A stretch of 64,000 nt of DNA from Clostridiales bacterium DTU072. GTDB taxonomy: Bacteria; Bacillota; Clostridia; Christensenellales; DTU072. Position numbers and translations under genes: made by a program. Of this stretch, positions 34,187-43,767 are shown one piece after another. The stretch spans positions 2,374 through 66,373 of the forward strand of contig LFSG01000028.1 of the NCBI GenBank assembly GCA_001512685.1, in the 5' to 3' direction. Numbering within the stretch: the first letter of the stretch is position 1; each line of letters starts with the position of its first letter. The notes below the pieces were generated by a model. The model was not told the DNA's origin. It did no database searches and saw only the letters and a list, made by a program, of their open reading frames with translations.

Positions 34187-37100
34187 TTAATCCACATCGT
34201 ATTTTCTTCTAAACATGAAATAAAATAAAATTACTATCATAAACAAAGCGATGGGCGCAAGGAAGAGCAGCAGCGTAAATGTAGGCGAAAGCCCCTTCCT
34301 CGGCGTTAGAATAACAAAGTCGCCCATATCGTCGGCGTTTAATACAAGATATTCTCCTTCCTTATACGCTCCCAACATTTTATATTCGCCGTTTTCCGCT
34401 AGATGAAGCACCATAAAAGTATCTTCTTTTAATAAATTCTGCGGCAATTTGAATCTGATGGTGGCGGAATCAACTTCGTTATCGGAATGTTCCAAACGCA
34501 ATCTGTATACCATATGCGCTTTGTAGTCTTCAATGAGTTTTGAGGGCAAGTTCTTATTGATATTTTCGTTAATTTGATAATAAACGGGATCGGATATGTC
34601 GGCGGCGACTAAATTAACGGTCAAGTTGGCGAAAGAACTGTATTCTCCCGAAATAATGGCGTTTCCGTTTTCATCGGCAATGCTTGTGATTTTTCTTTCA
34701 AGTATGGTAATATACGCGGGCACATACTCAAAATCATAATTGATGGACTCGGCTCCGAAAGGAAGCGCCTCATAGTCAATTGTCGGCTTTTTGGCTATAT
34801 ACGGCAAGTACGCGGGTTTTTGTAAAAAGCTTCTGTCCTCGCCGCTCACAAAACCGGTATATTCAATGGTGGGAATAATATCTTCCCCTTCGTTGATTGT
34901 AAGCCTTGAAGAACCGTTTATCAATGCCCTTACGGTCAAGACTTTTTTCTTAATCACAACGTTCTTGGTATTATTGATGACGTCGTAATTGTTGTTTTCA
35001 ACCGTAACCGTCATTACATAATTGCCCGCATTCTTCAAAACGGAATAATCCCCGCTGTAAGTTATTTTAAGCGAGCTGTCCGTTACCATTAACGAATCGG
35101 CGGGCAAAACATAGCCGGGTTTGATTTTAACGGGTATATTCTGCACCTTGCCGTTATACACCAAATTATCGGTATTGCCGTACTCTACTTCAATCATTCT
35201 TTTATTTATTACCAATGTAGCCGAACTTGAAGCCGATTGATAGTTCTTATTTGATATATCCGTATTGAACGAAGCTTGCACTCTGTATTCGCCTGCTTCG
35301 GGGAAGCTGTAACCGCTTCTTATGGGAACATATTCAATGGGCAATTGCAAATCCAGCCCGCCGCCCGCGACGGCTCTGGCGCTTAGCGGTATGACTTCGC
35401 CGTAATCTTGATTAAAGTCGCCCGTAAATGTTATGTTTATGGGAGCGGCGTTTATTTGTATCATTATTTTTGCTCCCGTCCAATACCTGTAATCGTCATC
35501 GTCGGTTTCAAGTATCATTTCATAAAGCCCGGCATTTACGGGAGGGGAAGACAAGAGCGATCCGTCCTGCGCGTTATAGTAAAAAACCTTATGCTTGACA
35601 TATACGTCTTCAAGACCTCTGACATTATATGTCGCCGTCTTCGGCAAACCGTCATATGTAAATACCACTCCCGCGTTATTTTCAATAGGAATGCTGCCTT
35701 CCACTTCCACAATAACGCTGAATCTGGTAATGTTGCCGGTTATCAAAAACACATTATTTTCCAAAACATAATTGGGATTGTCTAAAGAATGCACGGTTAC
35801 CGTTATTTGTTCGCCGGTGCCTGTAACTTCGGGGGAGGAGAAGTTTGCCGTATAATCCAGCAGTCTTACCACATCCCCCTCGCAAATATCTCCCTCGCCG
35901 AAAGTATAATGTTTGGGGGACAAAACAACTTCGGTATTTCCGTTGTAGGATTTAAAATAATCGGCTCCTTTGCTTATTGTGATGGTTTTGGGAAAAATCG
36001 TTACGGTGGCGGGGTGATAAGTAAAGTAATAGTTAAATGTTATGTCAATGTCGGATTCTTCGGGCGTCAAGCCTCTTTGCATAATTACTATCGAATCGGT
36101 ATGGCAAACGGCGGGCAAGTTTTCTCCCGCGTTCTTGGTTTCGGTAACGATTTCTCCGCGATAGATATAATGCCTGTCTGATATTAAGCCGCTTACCAGT
36201 CCCTCTTCGGTAAGACTTATGACGAAAGGCTTTCCGTCATAAACCTTAGTTCTTTCACCCGTAAGGGCTATGACTACTTCGGCAGGATTTATCCTTACAT
36301 ATTGGTCGTCCGCTTCGGTTACCAAATATTCTTTGGTAACATCCTTGTTTTCATAAGTGTCAAAAATTATAACCTGAGAATGGGGTATAAGATTTTGCAA
36401 TCCCACATTGGCGCTGACCGATCTGCGGCTTCCCGAAACAATGGTATGGCCTTCCAAAAGCCCCAAGCTTTCATTGGGCAAAAGCAAATGGTCGTTTTCC
36501 GCGTTTTTAAGCGCCATGGCGTCCGTTATCGGTATCACAAAAAGCTCCCCGTTATATGTGTGTTCAATGACGCCCAGCTCATTGACATCTATGCATATTT
36601 GCCGCTTAAGAATTTCGGCGAAATACAAGGTACAGGAAATAATATAATTGTTTTGGCTGTCATTGCCGTCTTTATTAAAGATTACGGTATCGGCGGGATT
36701 ATAAACCCATCTTATGTTCGGATTGACGGACGCCGTATCGGTAGTAAATCTGAATATTGCCTTTTCGTCTTGAATTAAACCGTTAACCTGAGCCATTTGG
36801 CTTAAATCGCTATTGATATATATGCCTTGGGCAGTTAGAATGCCGTTTTGAAATTCAAAAACTAAGTCAAACGGCTCGCCGTCATAATACTTTTGTATCT
36901 TTTTGCCTTCCAAGAATACAAATTCCATTTGTTTTCTTTGTATAATGACGGTAGGCGCGTAATCTTCTTCATGGCCCTCTAAAATAAGATCCCAGTCGTC
37001 CATGGAATTAATGCCTTTATAATAACGGATATCATAATTATGGGTAACGTCTTCGCCCATAGGATTTTCCACGACCAGCGGAGAACCTACTTTTAACAAT

Positions 37101-40100
37101 TTGGGCGCCACTATGCCGCCGTCGCCGATTTGGACGTTGGCGTCTTCGGTAACAAGAGTGCCGCTGAACCTTTTGATGCTGTCCTTGTCTATGGGCAGAC
37201 CATCTTCGTTATAATCGCAAGCAAAGCCGCCGCTGCCGGGATAATCCTCAATTACCATGGTGTTATATATATCTACGGTAAACACTTGTCCGTCATATAC
37301 CTTGGTGTAATCGGTTTGCACCCCGTAAGTTATATCGATAACTAACAGTTTGGGCTGTATGGTAACCACTCTTTCCACAAAATTATATGAGGTATTTTCG
37401 GTGTCAATATCGTAATTGGCGGTAACATCCGCGCCTTCGGCGTTATGTATGATAAGCGGCCTTTGAGGGTCCCAAATCAGAGGTTTGGGTATGACATTCC
37501 CTTGATAATCTCTTTCCACTTCGCCGTTTTCGGTAACCAAGCAGCCGCCATAGATTATATGGTTTTGTACCAGCGGCAAGAAGTTGCCGTCGGGTTTTAC
37601 CATGTAATACTTTAATATTATCTCATACCTTTTTCTGTCATAAGTTTTCACAAAGCTACCTTGATAATCGTCGGTACTGCCTTGTTCGTTCAAGGCCACA
37701 TCAAATTTTATTTTTCTTTTAAGAATTTCATAATACGAATCTTTATATTCAATTTGATAATTGGAAGTAACATTTTCGCTGGCAGAATTTCTGATGACGG
37801 CAGGCAAATTCAATACCAACTTTATCTTCTCGGCGGCGTTAATCGTTTCTGGAAGCACGGAGCCTCCCGCAAAATAATGCCCTTCCACCAATTCAAAGCC
37901 GAAGCCGTTATTGTCGTTGTCGGCGTCGTCGATATAATAATGCGCATAGTCGATTACATGAGAAGTATAATGCTCGTTATATACGTCTTTAAGACCGCTT
38001 ATGAAGTCGCTTTCCTCGTCATAATAATAGTCATCGGTGTTTCTGACCGTTATAAAAATCTTGCGCGGCGATATAGTGACTTCTCCCACATAAATGAAAG
38101 TATAATTAAAGGCTAAATTATCGCTTATCCCCGCTCTGTTGATAACTATCTCCCCTTCTCCTTGATTGTGCAAATCATAAACGCCTTTGGCGTTTGCCAC
38201 GGTACTGCGGTAACTTGCCCCTTCTACGATAAAATCCTCAAGTACCAAATCCTCGGTCATGGCCTGAAGAATGCCTAAGGTCATTTTTTGTCCGTCGTAG
38301 ACTTTTGTAAGCGCCTCTTGTGGGTAATAATTAAAGTTTATGACCGCTTCTTTAGGCAATATTTCCGCGTATGTTTCGGTAAAAGTTATCAAATAATTGT
38401 CGGTATAATCCTCAGTTCCCGTTTCGTCGGTAATTATTTCGCATTCGCAATACAATCTTTTATATTTATATACAGTATCCACAAATTCGTCGACGGTTCT
38501 GGCTTTTCCCACAAAAACATGATTTTCTATAAGCCCTCTGGTTAAATCCTGTTTGTTGGCGTCCATTTCGGACACTATGTCTATTTCATAAATTTTGCCG
38601 TCATAGATATGCTTCAAATCCAATCCCGTCAAAGCTACATTCATTTCCACAGGTCTTTTTGTAATGTTGATTTGGCAAGCATTATAGTCAAAATCATAGT
38701 TATGGGTAATAAGAATATTATCCATATCATCAATATGCGCTATATAAAGCTGGCCTTCGGGATATATCAAGTCAATGCCATCCCGCGCGTTGACTTCGGC
38801 GGCGCGAATGGGTGAAGATAACGGCGATACCCTATGCGAAGACAAAAGCCCCGGAGCGTTGTAAATGTCCGTTATCATAGTCTCGGTTACATCGAATTCA
38901 TAAACAGTGGCGTTATAAACAAAATTTAAGTTATAATAATCCTTTCTTATATCTACAGAAACAGGTTTGGGCAGAATATCCACAAAATTATCCGTAAGCG
39001 AAATCAAATAATTTGAAGTGCTGTCTATAACATATTGGCCTTGACTGTTTTTCTTTCTGATAATTATAGACTCTTGCTCGGAAATAAAGAGCTCTTTCGA
39101 AATATAATTATCCTCGCTGTCATATATTATTTGCCCCCATTCATCTAAGGTATATACATTGGCGTCCAATGTAACAAGCTTTCCGCCGTATATTATTTCG
39201 CCGTCTACTATGCCCTCGGCCATGGCCGTAGTGGCGTTAACGGTAAACAATGAGCCGTCATAGTATTTTTTACGCTGCTCCTCGCTGAGCTCCAATGTAA
39301 TATTTATGCCTATTTCTCTGGGCATAATATATACGCGTCTGTCCACATATGTGACGCTGTAATTTTCGGTAACATCGTAGCCTTCTTCGTCAACAATGAC
39401 AAAATCCATGCTGTTTGTTAAAAGCTTGGGCATAATCACGCTGCCCTGTTTGGATACGTTTTCGTCGGCGGTAACGCGAACGCCCGAAGCGATGCTGTGC
39501 CCCCCAACAAGATTGTCGGCCATTTCCATGAGTATTTCTATTCCAAACAATTGCCCATTGTAAATTGCCGACGGAATCCCTTCGATATCCTCCGAGGGAT
39601 TGACATCGATGGTAATCGCTCTTCTGAGTATATTCGTCAAAATGCCGCCAAAAGGAGGAGAGAATGTTATTAAATAATTTGAATTGAGGGTATTTACCAT
39701 TTGCAGCTCGCCGTCTTTTACCATATAAGAGCTGACGGCGGACGCGCTTTCGGTGATTAGCTTGCCGATTATGTAATGGTCATCCACAAAAGCGGGGAGC
39801 GAGTCGTCCTTTTTATTGATAAAATCAATATTTTTTCTGACAATTTGCCCTTCTTTGTCAACAATGGCGGTATAAACGCCATTTTTTTCCATATACAAAG
39901 AGCCGTCATAAAGATCGATGGCGATGCGGTTTCCGTCATAGATATGACTAATGCTTTCGGTTAAAGAAATAATAACTTCTCTTTCCGTTATGGTAACATT
40001 GCCAAAATCTTCATTGGCTATTTCATAGTTTTCCGAAACATCCATTTCTGACTCGTCATAAATTTTGAATCCGCTCTCCGATTGCATTAAAAGATTCCAT

Positions 40101-43100
40101 ACGCCGACATCTTTCCCTTCACTTATAAAGTTGGAACTGCTTAAATCAAAATAATGACCCGCCGCTAAATCCCCCGCGCCATACATGTTTGGGGTAAACG
40201 GCAAAACAAAATTTTGGTTATCGAACACTTTGGAATATGTCTGGCCCTGCGGAGCGGTATTCAAATATATTTCTTTCTTGGTTATCTCCGCTTTATCGTA
40301 GACAAGAGTAAAAGCATAATTGTCGGCGCTGACTAAATATTGGTCAAAGCCGTCAATCTTGGCCAAAACAATATTGGTTAAATAAAGGGTTTTTTCGCCG
40401 TATTTTGTTCGTTCGTAGTAAGAATCGTAAATATTTGCTTCGATTTTGGCAAAGAATAGCCTTTCACCGTATTCAAGCAAATCGTCCAAATAAACATAAT
40501 AACCCAAAGCAAATCTGTCTTCGCGCGGAATGGGGTAATCTTCATCTTCCAAATCAATAAAATCATTATTGTAATCAAAGGTATAATCGTCTTTAAGATT
40601 TATAATCAAAGGCAACCCGTCATATGCCTTTTGCAGCCCGTTATAGGCATTGTTCAGACCGTCTGTGGCGGAAAGGTTTATTTCCACTTCTTTGGGCTTA
40701 ATCTTAATCTTATTGTCGCCATTTATTAGTACAATATCGATATTATAATTGGGGATGCGGTATTGTATGTCATATATATCGTGAATAAATTCCTCTCCCG
40801 CGTTCAAGGTTTCAGCAAAGCAATAATATGTAAGATTTAATGTTATATCGCCGAAAACTTCCGTAGGAACTGCATAATCAACATTTATGGTAAAGTACGT
40901 GTCGGATATTTCGCCATATGTAATTATATATTGGTCAGGTTCTATATTTTCCGTTCGCGTATTTATGTACAATGACCCCACGGAATAGGTTGAATAATCG
41001 ATATCGTAATATTCATGGGAATCGTCCAAATATATCTCTATGGTGTTTTTGGCGTTCTCGATTGCGGAGGCTCTGAGCAACCTTTCTTGCAAATCATAAT
41101 AATCGCAATCGCGATGGCCTTTTATTAAATCGAATGTAAATAGCGGATCGAAATCGCCGTAATCTTTTGTTAAATGAGATATTTGTATATCGTACAGCAA
41201 ACCTTTTACCACATAAAAATCAATTTCCGTGGAATCAAGTATTATATCATAATTGTTTCCGTATTCGTTGAGCCATTCGCTGCGGGCAGAAAAGCCGTCC
41301 AATATTATTTTGTAGCCGTTCTCCCGCGGTATAAGCGGCGTGGCTTGGTCGTTGGGGGTATCATAAATAACGCTTTCACCGTCTTTCAAGATATACGACA
41401 AAGTGAAAATATCCCAAGGATCGCTTTGATAGAAATTTTGAAAATCAAATGCTATTTGCCGCATAATATCGTTGCCGTATGCAAGATATTGGTTTTCAAT
41501 TACGCTGATAATAAGCTCGGCTTTTTCAATTTTTATGGTGTCTTCAGAACCGGATAAGCACATTAATCTGATATCCAAAATCGGCTGTCCCAAATATTGG
41601 GATTCATAAGAGGATAAGTCTACCCATATCCAAGAGGACGCATCTTCTACGCATACCTCTACACTCAATACTCCCGAGTATTTTTGTCGGGCCGCCAGCG
41701 CGAAGCTGTATTTTGAAATATCGTAATTATAGCACATCAACAGCAATTCTTCTTCGGTATAGCCTACAACTCCTTCCTTCGGCAATAGGCCCAGCTCAAA
41801 ATGTGAAAGTAGGTAATTATTGCCCGCATTTACCACATAGTTGCCTTCATAATCCATGAAATTATAGCTGATAAACGCATAAAAAAGGTTTTCCTCCCCC
41901 GACAAAAAGCCATCGCAAATGGCCAGCCCAAAACTGTCTGAGGAGTTGTCATATCTTTTCTGCGTTGAGGCTTCAAACATATCGACCTCAAGGGTTTTTG
42001 GTTTAACCATCAAGTTCGGCCCGTAAAATCTGTCTTGACTGTCAAACAGATAAATAACGTCTATGAATATGTAATTTGTAAGAATAGACGGCATATCGAG
42101 CATGTACCTTGTGGGCGGCCCGCCCGCGTTTTCCAAAGAATCATACACATTGCCGTTATATTCGACTTCGTCGTCAAAATCAAAATCCATTAAAATATCG
42201 CCGTCCTCATCCAGCATGGAAGCGTATTCGGGCTTTAACAAATCGGCCGCATAGAACTTATTTAAGACGCTGTTGATATAATCAAAACTGAATATAAATG
42301 CGGGAATAGGCAAAAAGAGCTTGTTTCCTTCGGAATTAACGCTTTCTCCGATAACCTCGGACAGATCATCCTTCTTCACAAAAGGTATTTTATATTGGGT
42401 CGGAAGGCTGTCGCCGTAATATATTTCAATGGTGGGAAAAATCACTCCCAATATTACGGGAGTGATTGTTCCATTAACGCCTTGGGTTTCATTAACGCCT
42501 TGGGTTTGATGGGAGGAAAAAACATAATTGCTTAAATCTTCGTTGTTAAAATAAATGGTATATGGCAATCCCTCCTGTGAATCGGCGGAAGCAAATTTGC
42601 CATAAACATCGCTCAATGATATGAGTTCGTTCAAATTGGTAAAATATAAATAGGCGACATCGTCTCCCGTATAGACAATGTGGTCATAATCTTGTGAAAT
42701 CAGCCAGTTTTCCAATTGAGAAAGAAGGTCGTCGCAAATATCTCTTGCGCCGAAAGGATTGTTTTGGTCAAAGCTGTAAATAAGGTAAAGAAGTTTGTCG
42801 TTGTCAATACGCAAAATAGTGTAATCGTCTTCTTGGGGATTGTTTACGCCGATTAAGAGCGATTGAACAATCGTTTCGCCGTTATTGCGAGACAAAGAAT
42901 AAGTATCGGCTATCTTATCCGCAAGGTAATTAAATACTTCCACAAGCTCTTCTTTGATGTAAATAACCCTGTCATACAGCGTCATGTCGTGCGTAGTGTC
43001 GTATAGTTTATAATGCTTTATGCCTATAAATCGTTCTGCCTCGGCGTCGTCGATTTCATAGGGCAATATCTGTCCCGTCATAATAATGGGCTGAGGCAAA

Positions 43101-43762
43101 TAATTATCGCTGTCCACTTCAAAAGTAATGGCATATTCAGCGTTTCCTGCGTTAGGCGCGCTGTATTCGGCGTATACATCGACAATATAAGCAATCTCAT
43201 CGTTTATTGCCTTAATGGCGTCATTAATAACGGTAATGGAATCAAAAGCCGTTGTGGTGTCGTAAATTTTGGTGTCCGAATAATCAAAATATTCTTTGGC
43301 ATCGGCGCTGTCTATGAAAAGCGGCGCCTTTTGTATCTCCAAATCAATGATTGATTGTCCAAAGTATGTTGAATTGGTGTCGGCGATTTCAAAAACCAAA
43401 TCGTTGTATACGCCCGCGTCTCTTAACGGCAATGCCTGTCCGCTGACATTGATATCTGATGAACCCAAATCTTTCACTGTATTTCCGCTTGTTTTCTCGG
43501 TTATTACAAGCGCTGAAAATAAGTCTGAATCGGGATGGAAAAAGCCGTTATCCTCAACCAAAAAATTATCCGCTTTGTACACAAGCTGATAATCCGGTCT
43601 TAACTCTATCACTACTTCTATATCGCCCGCGGCGTAACAAGCATCTTCTTCATAACTCACGCTCGCCAAAATAATACTAATCAGCGAAATAAGCAATAGC
43701 ACTGTGAATAATATCGCCAAAGACTTTTTGCTCAACCCTTTGTTAGTCATATCTTGTTTCAA
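34187..43762 (-). CDS. giant type-I membrane-anchored surface protein (3191 aa) with many MBG-like (YDG/YNG-type) beta modules
   Basis: The N-terminal signal/anchor is LAILFTVLLLISLISIILASV, and the likely start is the ATG at 43750. At least 16 modules begin with (I/V)x(I/V)xP(K/R)x(I/V), followed by K.YDG or YNG. The C-terminus is a TM helix plus basic tail: FTLLLFLAPIALFMIVILFYFMFRRKYDVD. No LPXTG. Confidence 0.8.
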   Translation of the reverse strand: MKQDMTNKGLSKKSLAILFTVLLLISLISIILASVSYEEDACYAAGDIEVVIELRPDYQLVYKADNFLVEDNGFFHPDSDLFSALVITEKTSGNTVKDLGSSDINVSGQALPLRDAGVYNDLVFEIADTNSTYFGQSIIDLEIQKAPLFIDSADAKEYFDYSDTKIYDTTTAFDSITVINDAIKAINDEIAYIVDVYAEYSAPNAGNAEYAITFEVDSDNYLPQPIIMTGQILPYEIDDAEAERFIGIKHYKLYDTTHDMTLYDRVIYIKEELVEVFNYLADKIADTYSLSRNNGETIVQSLLIGVNNPQEDDYTILRIDNDKLLYLIYSFDQNNPFGARDICDDLLSQLENWLISQDYDHIVYTGDDVAYLYFTNLNELISLSDVYGKFASADSQEGLPYTIYFNNEDLSNYVFSSHQTQGVNETQGVNGTITPVILGVIFPTIEIYYGDSLPTQYKIPFVKKDDLSEVIGESVNSEGNKLFLPIPAFIFSFDYINSVLNKFYAADLLKPEYASMLDEDGDILMDFDFDDEVEYNGNVYDSLENAGGPPTRYMLDMPSILTNYIFIDVIYLFDSQDRFYGPNLMVKPKTLEVDMFEASTQKRYDNSSDSFGLAICDGFLSGEENLFYAFISYNFMDYEGNYVVNAGNNYLLSHFELGLLPKEGVVGYTEEELLLMCYNYDISKYSFALAARQKYSGVLSVEVCVEDASSWIWVDLSSYESQYLGQPILDIRLMCLSGSEDTIKIEKAELIISVIENQYLAYGNDIMRQIAFDFQNFYQSDPWDIFTLSYILKDGESVIYDTPNDQATPLIPRENGYKIILDGFSARSEWLNEYGNNYDIILDSTEIDFYVVKGLLYDIQISHLTKDYGDFDPLFTFDLIKGHRDCDYYDLQERLLRASAIENAKNTIEIYLDDSHEYYDIDYSTYSVGSLYINTRTENIEPDQYIITYGEISDTYFTINVDYAVPTEVFGDITLNLTYYCFAETLNAGEEFIHDIYDIQYRIPNYNIDIVLINGDNKIKIKPKEVEINLSATDGLNNAYNGLQKAYDGLPLIINLKDDYTFDYNNDFIDLEDEDYPIPREDRFALGYYVYLDDLLEYGERLFFAKIEANIYDSYYERTKYGEKTLYLTNIVLAKIDGFDQYLVSADNYAFTLVYDKAEITKKEIYLNTAPQGQTYSKVFDNQNFVLPFTPNMYGAGDLAAGHYFDLSSSNFISEGKDVGVWNLLMQSESGFKIYDESEMDVSENYEIANEDFGNVTITEREVIISLTESISHIYDGNRIAIDLYDGSLYMEKNGVYTAIVDKEGQIVRKNIDFINKKDDSLPAFVDDHYIIGKLITESASAVSSYMVKDGELQMVNTLNSNYLITFSPPFGGILTNILRRAITIDVNPSEDIEGIPSAIYNGQLFGIEILMEMADNLVGGHSIASGVRVTADENVSKQGSVIMPKLLTNSMDFVIVDEEGYDVTENYSVTYVDRRVYIMPREIGINITLELSEEQRKKYYDGSLFTVNATTAMAEGIVDGEIIYGGKLVTLDANVYTLDEWGQIIYDSEDNYISKELFISEQESIIIRKKNSQGQYVIDSTSNYLISLTDNFVDILPKPVSVDIRKDYYNLNFVYNATVYEFDVTETMITDIYNAPGLLSSHRVSPLSSPIRAAEVNARDGIDLIYPEGQLYIAHIDDMDNILITHNYDFDYNACQINITKRPVEMNVALTGLDLKHIYDGKIYEIDIVSEMDANKQDLTRGLIENHVFVGKARTVDEFVDTVYKYKRLYCECEIITDETGTEDYTDNYLITFTETYAEILPKEAVINFNYYPQEALTKVYDGQKMTLGILQAMTEDLVLEDFIVEGASYRSTVANAKGVYDLHNQGEGEIVINRAGISDNLAFNYTFIYVGEVTISPRKIFITVRNTDDYYYDEESDFISGLKDVYNEHYTSHVIDYAHYYIDDADNDNNGFGFELVEGHYFAGGSVLPETINAAEKIKLVLNLPAVIRNSASENVTSNYQIEYKDSYYEILKRKIKFDVALNEQGSTDDYQGSFVKTYDRKRYEIILKYYMVKPDGNFLPLVQNHIIYGGCLVTENGEVERDYQGNVIPKPLIWDPQRPLIIHNAEGADVTANYDIDTENTSYNFVERVVTIQPKLLVIDITYGVQTDYTKVYDGQVFTVDIYNTMVIEDYPGSGGFACDYNEDGLPIDKDSIKRFSGTLVTEDANVQIGDGGIVAPKLLKVGSPLVVENPMGEDVTHNYDIRYYKGINSMDDWDLILEGHEEDYAPTVIIQRKQMEFVFLEGKKIQKYYDGEPFDLVFEFQNGILTAQGIYINSDLSQMAQVNGLIQDEKAIFRFTTDTASVNPNIRWVYNPADTVIFNKDGNDSQNNYIISCTLYFAEILKRQICIDVNELGVIEHTYNGELFVIPITDAMALKNAENDHLLLPNESLGLLEGHTIVSGSRRSVSANVGLQNLIPHSQVIIFDTYENKDVTKEYLVTEADDQYVRINPAEVVIALTGERTKVYDGKPFVISLTEEGLVSGLISDRHYIYRGEIVTETKNAGENLPAVCHTDSIVIMQRGLTPEESDIDITFNYYFTYHPATVTIFPKTITISKGADYFKSYNGNTEVVLSPKHYTFGEGDICEGDVVRLLDYTANFSSPEVTGTGEQITVTVHSLDNPNYVLENNVFLITGNITRFSVIVEVEGSIPIENNAGVVFTYDGLPKTATYNVRGLEDVYVKHKVFYYNAQDGSLLSSPPVNAGLYEMILETDDDDYRYWTGAKIMIQINAAPINITFTGDFNQDYGEVIPLSARAVAGGGLDLQLPIEYVPIRSGYSFPEAGEYRVQASFNTDISNKNYQSASSSATLVINKRMIEVEYGNTDNLVYNGKVQNIPVKIKPGYVLPADSLMVTDSSLKITYSGDYSVLKNAGNYVMTVTVENNNYDVINNTKNVVIKKKVLTVRALINGSSRLTINEGEDIIPTIEYTGFVSGEDRSFLQKPAYLPYIAKKPTIDYEALPFGAESINYDFEYVPAYITILERKITSIADENGNAIISGEYSSFANLTVNLVAADISDPVYYQINENINKNLPSKLIEDYKAHMVYRLRLEHSDNEVDSATIRFKLPQNLLKEDTFMVLHLAENGEYKMLGAYKEGEYLVLNADDMGDFVILTPRKGLSPTFTLLLFLAPIALFMIVILFYFMFRRKYDVD

Positions 43763-43767
43763 CCTCT

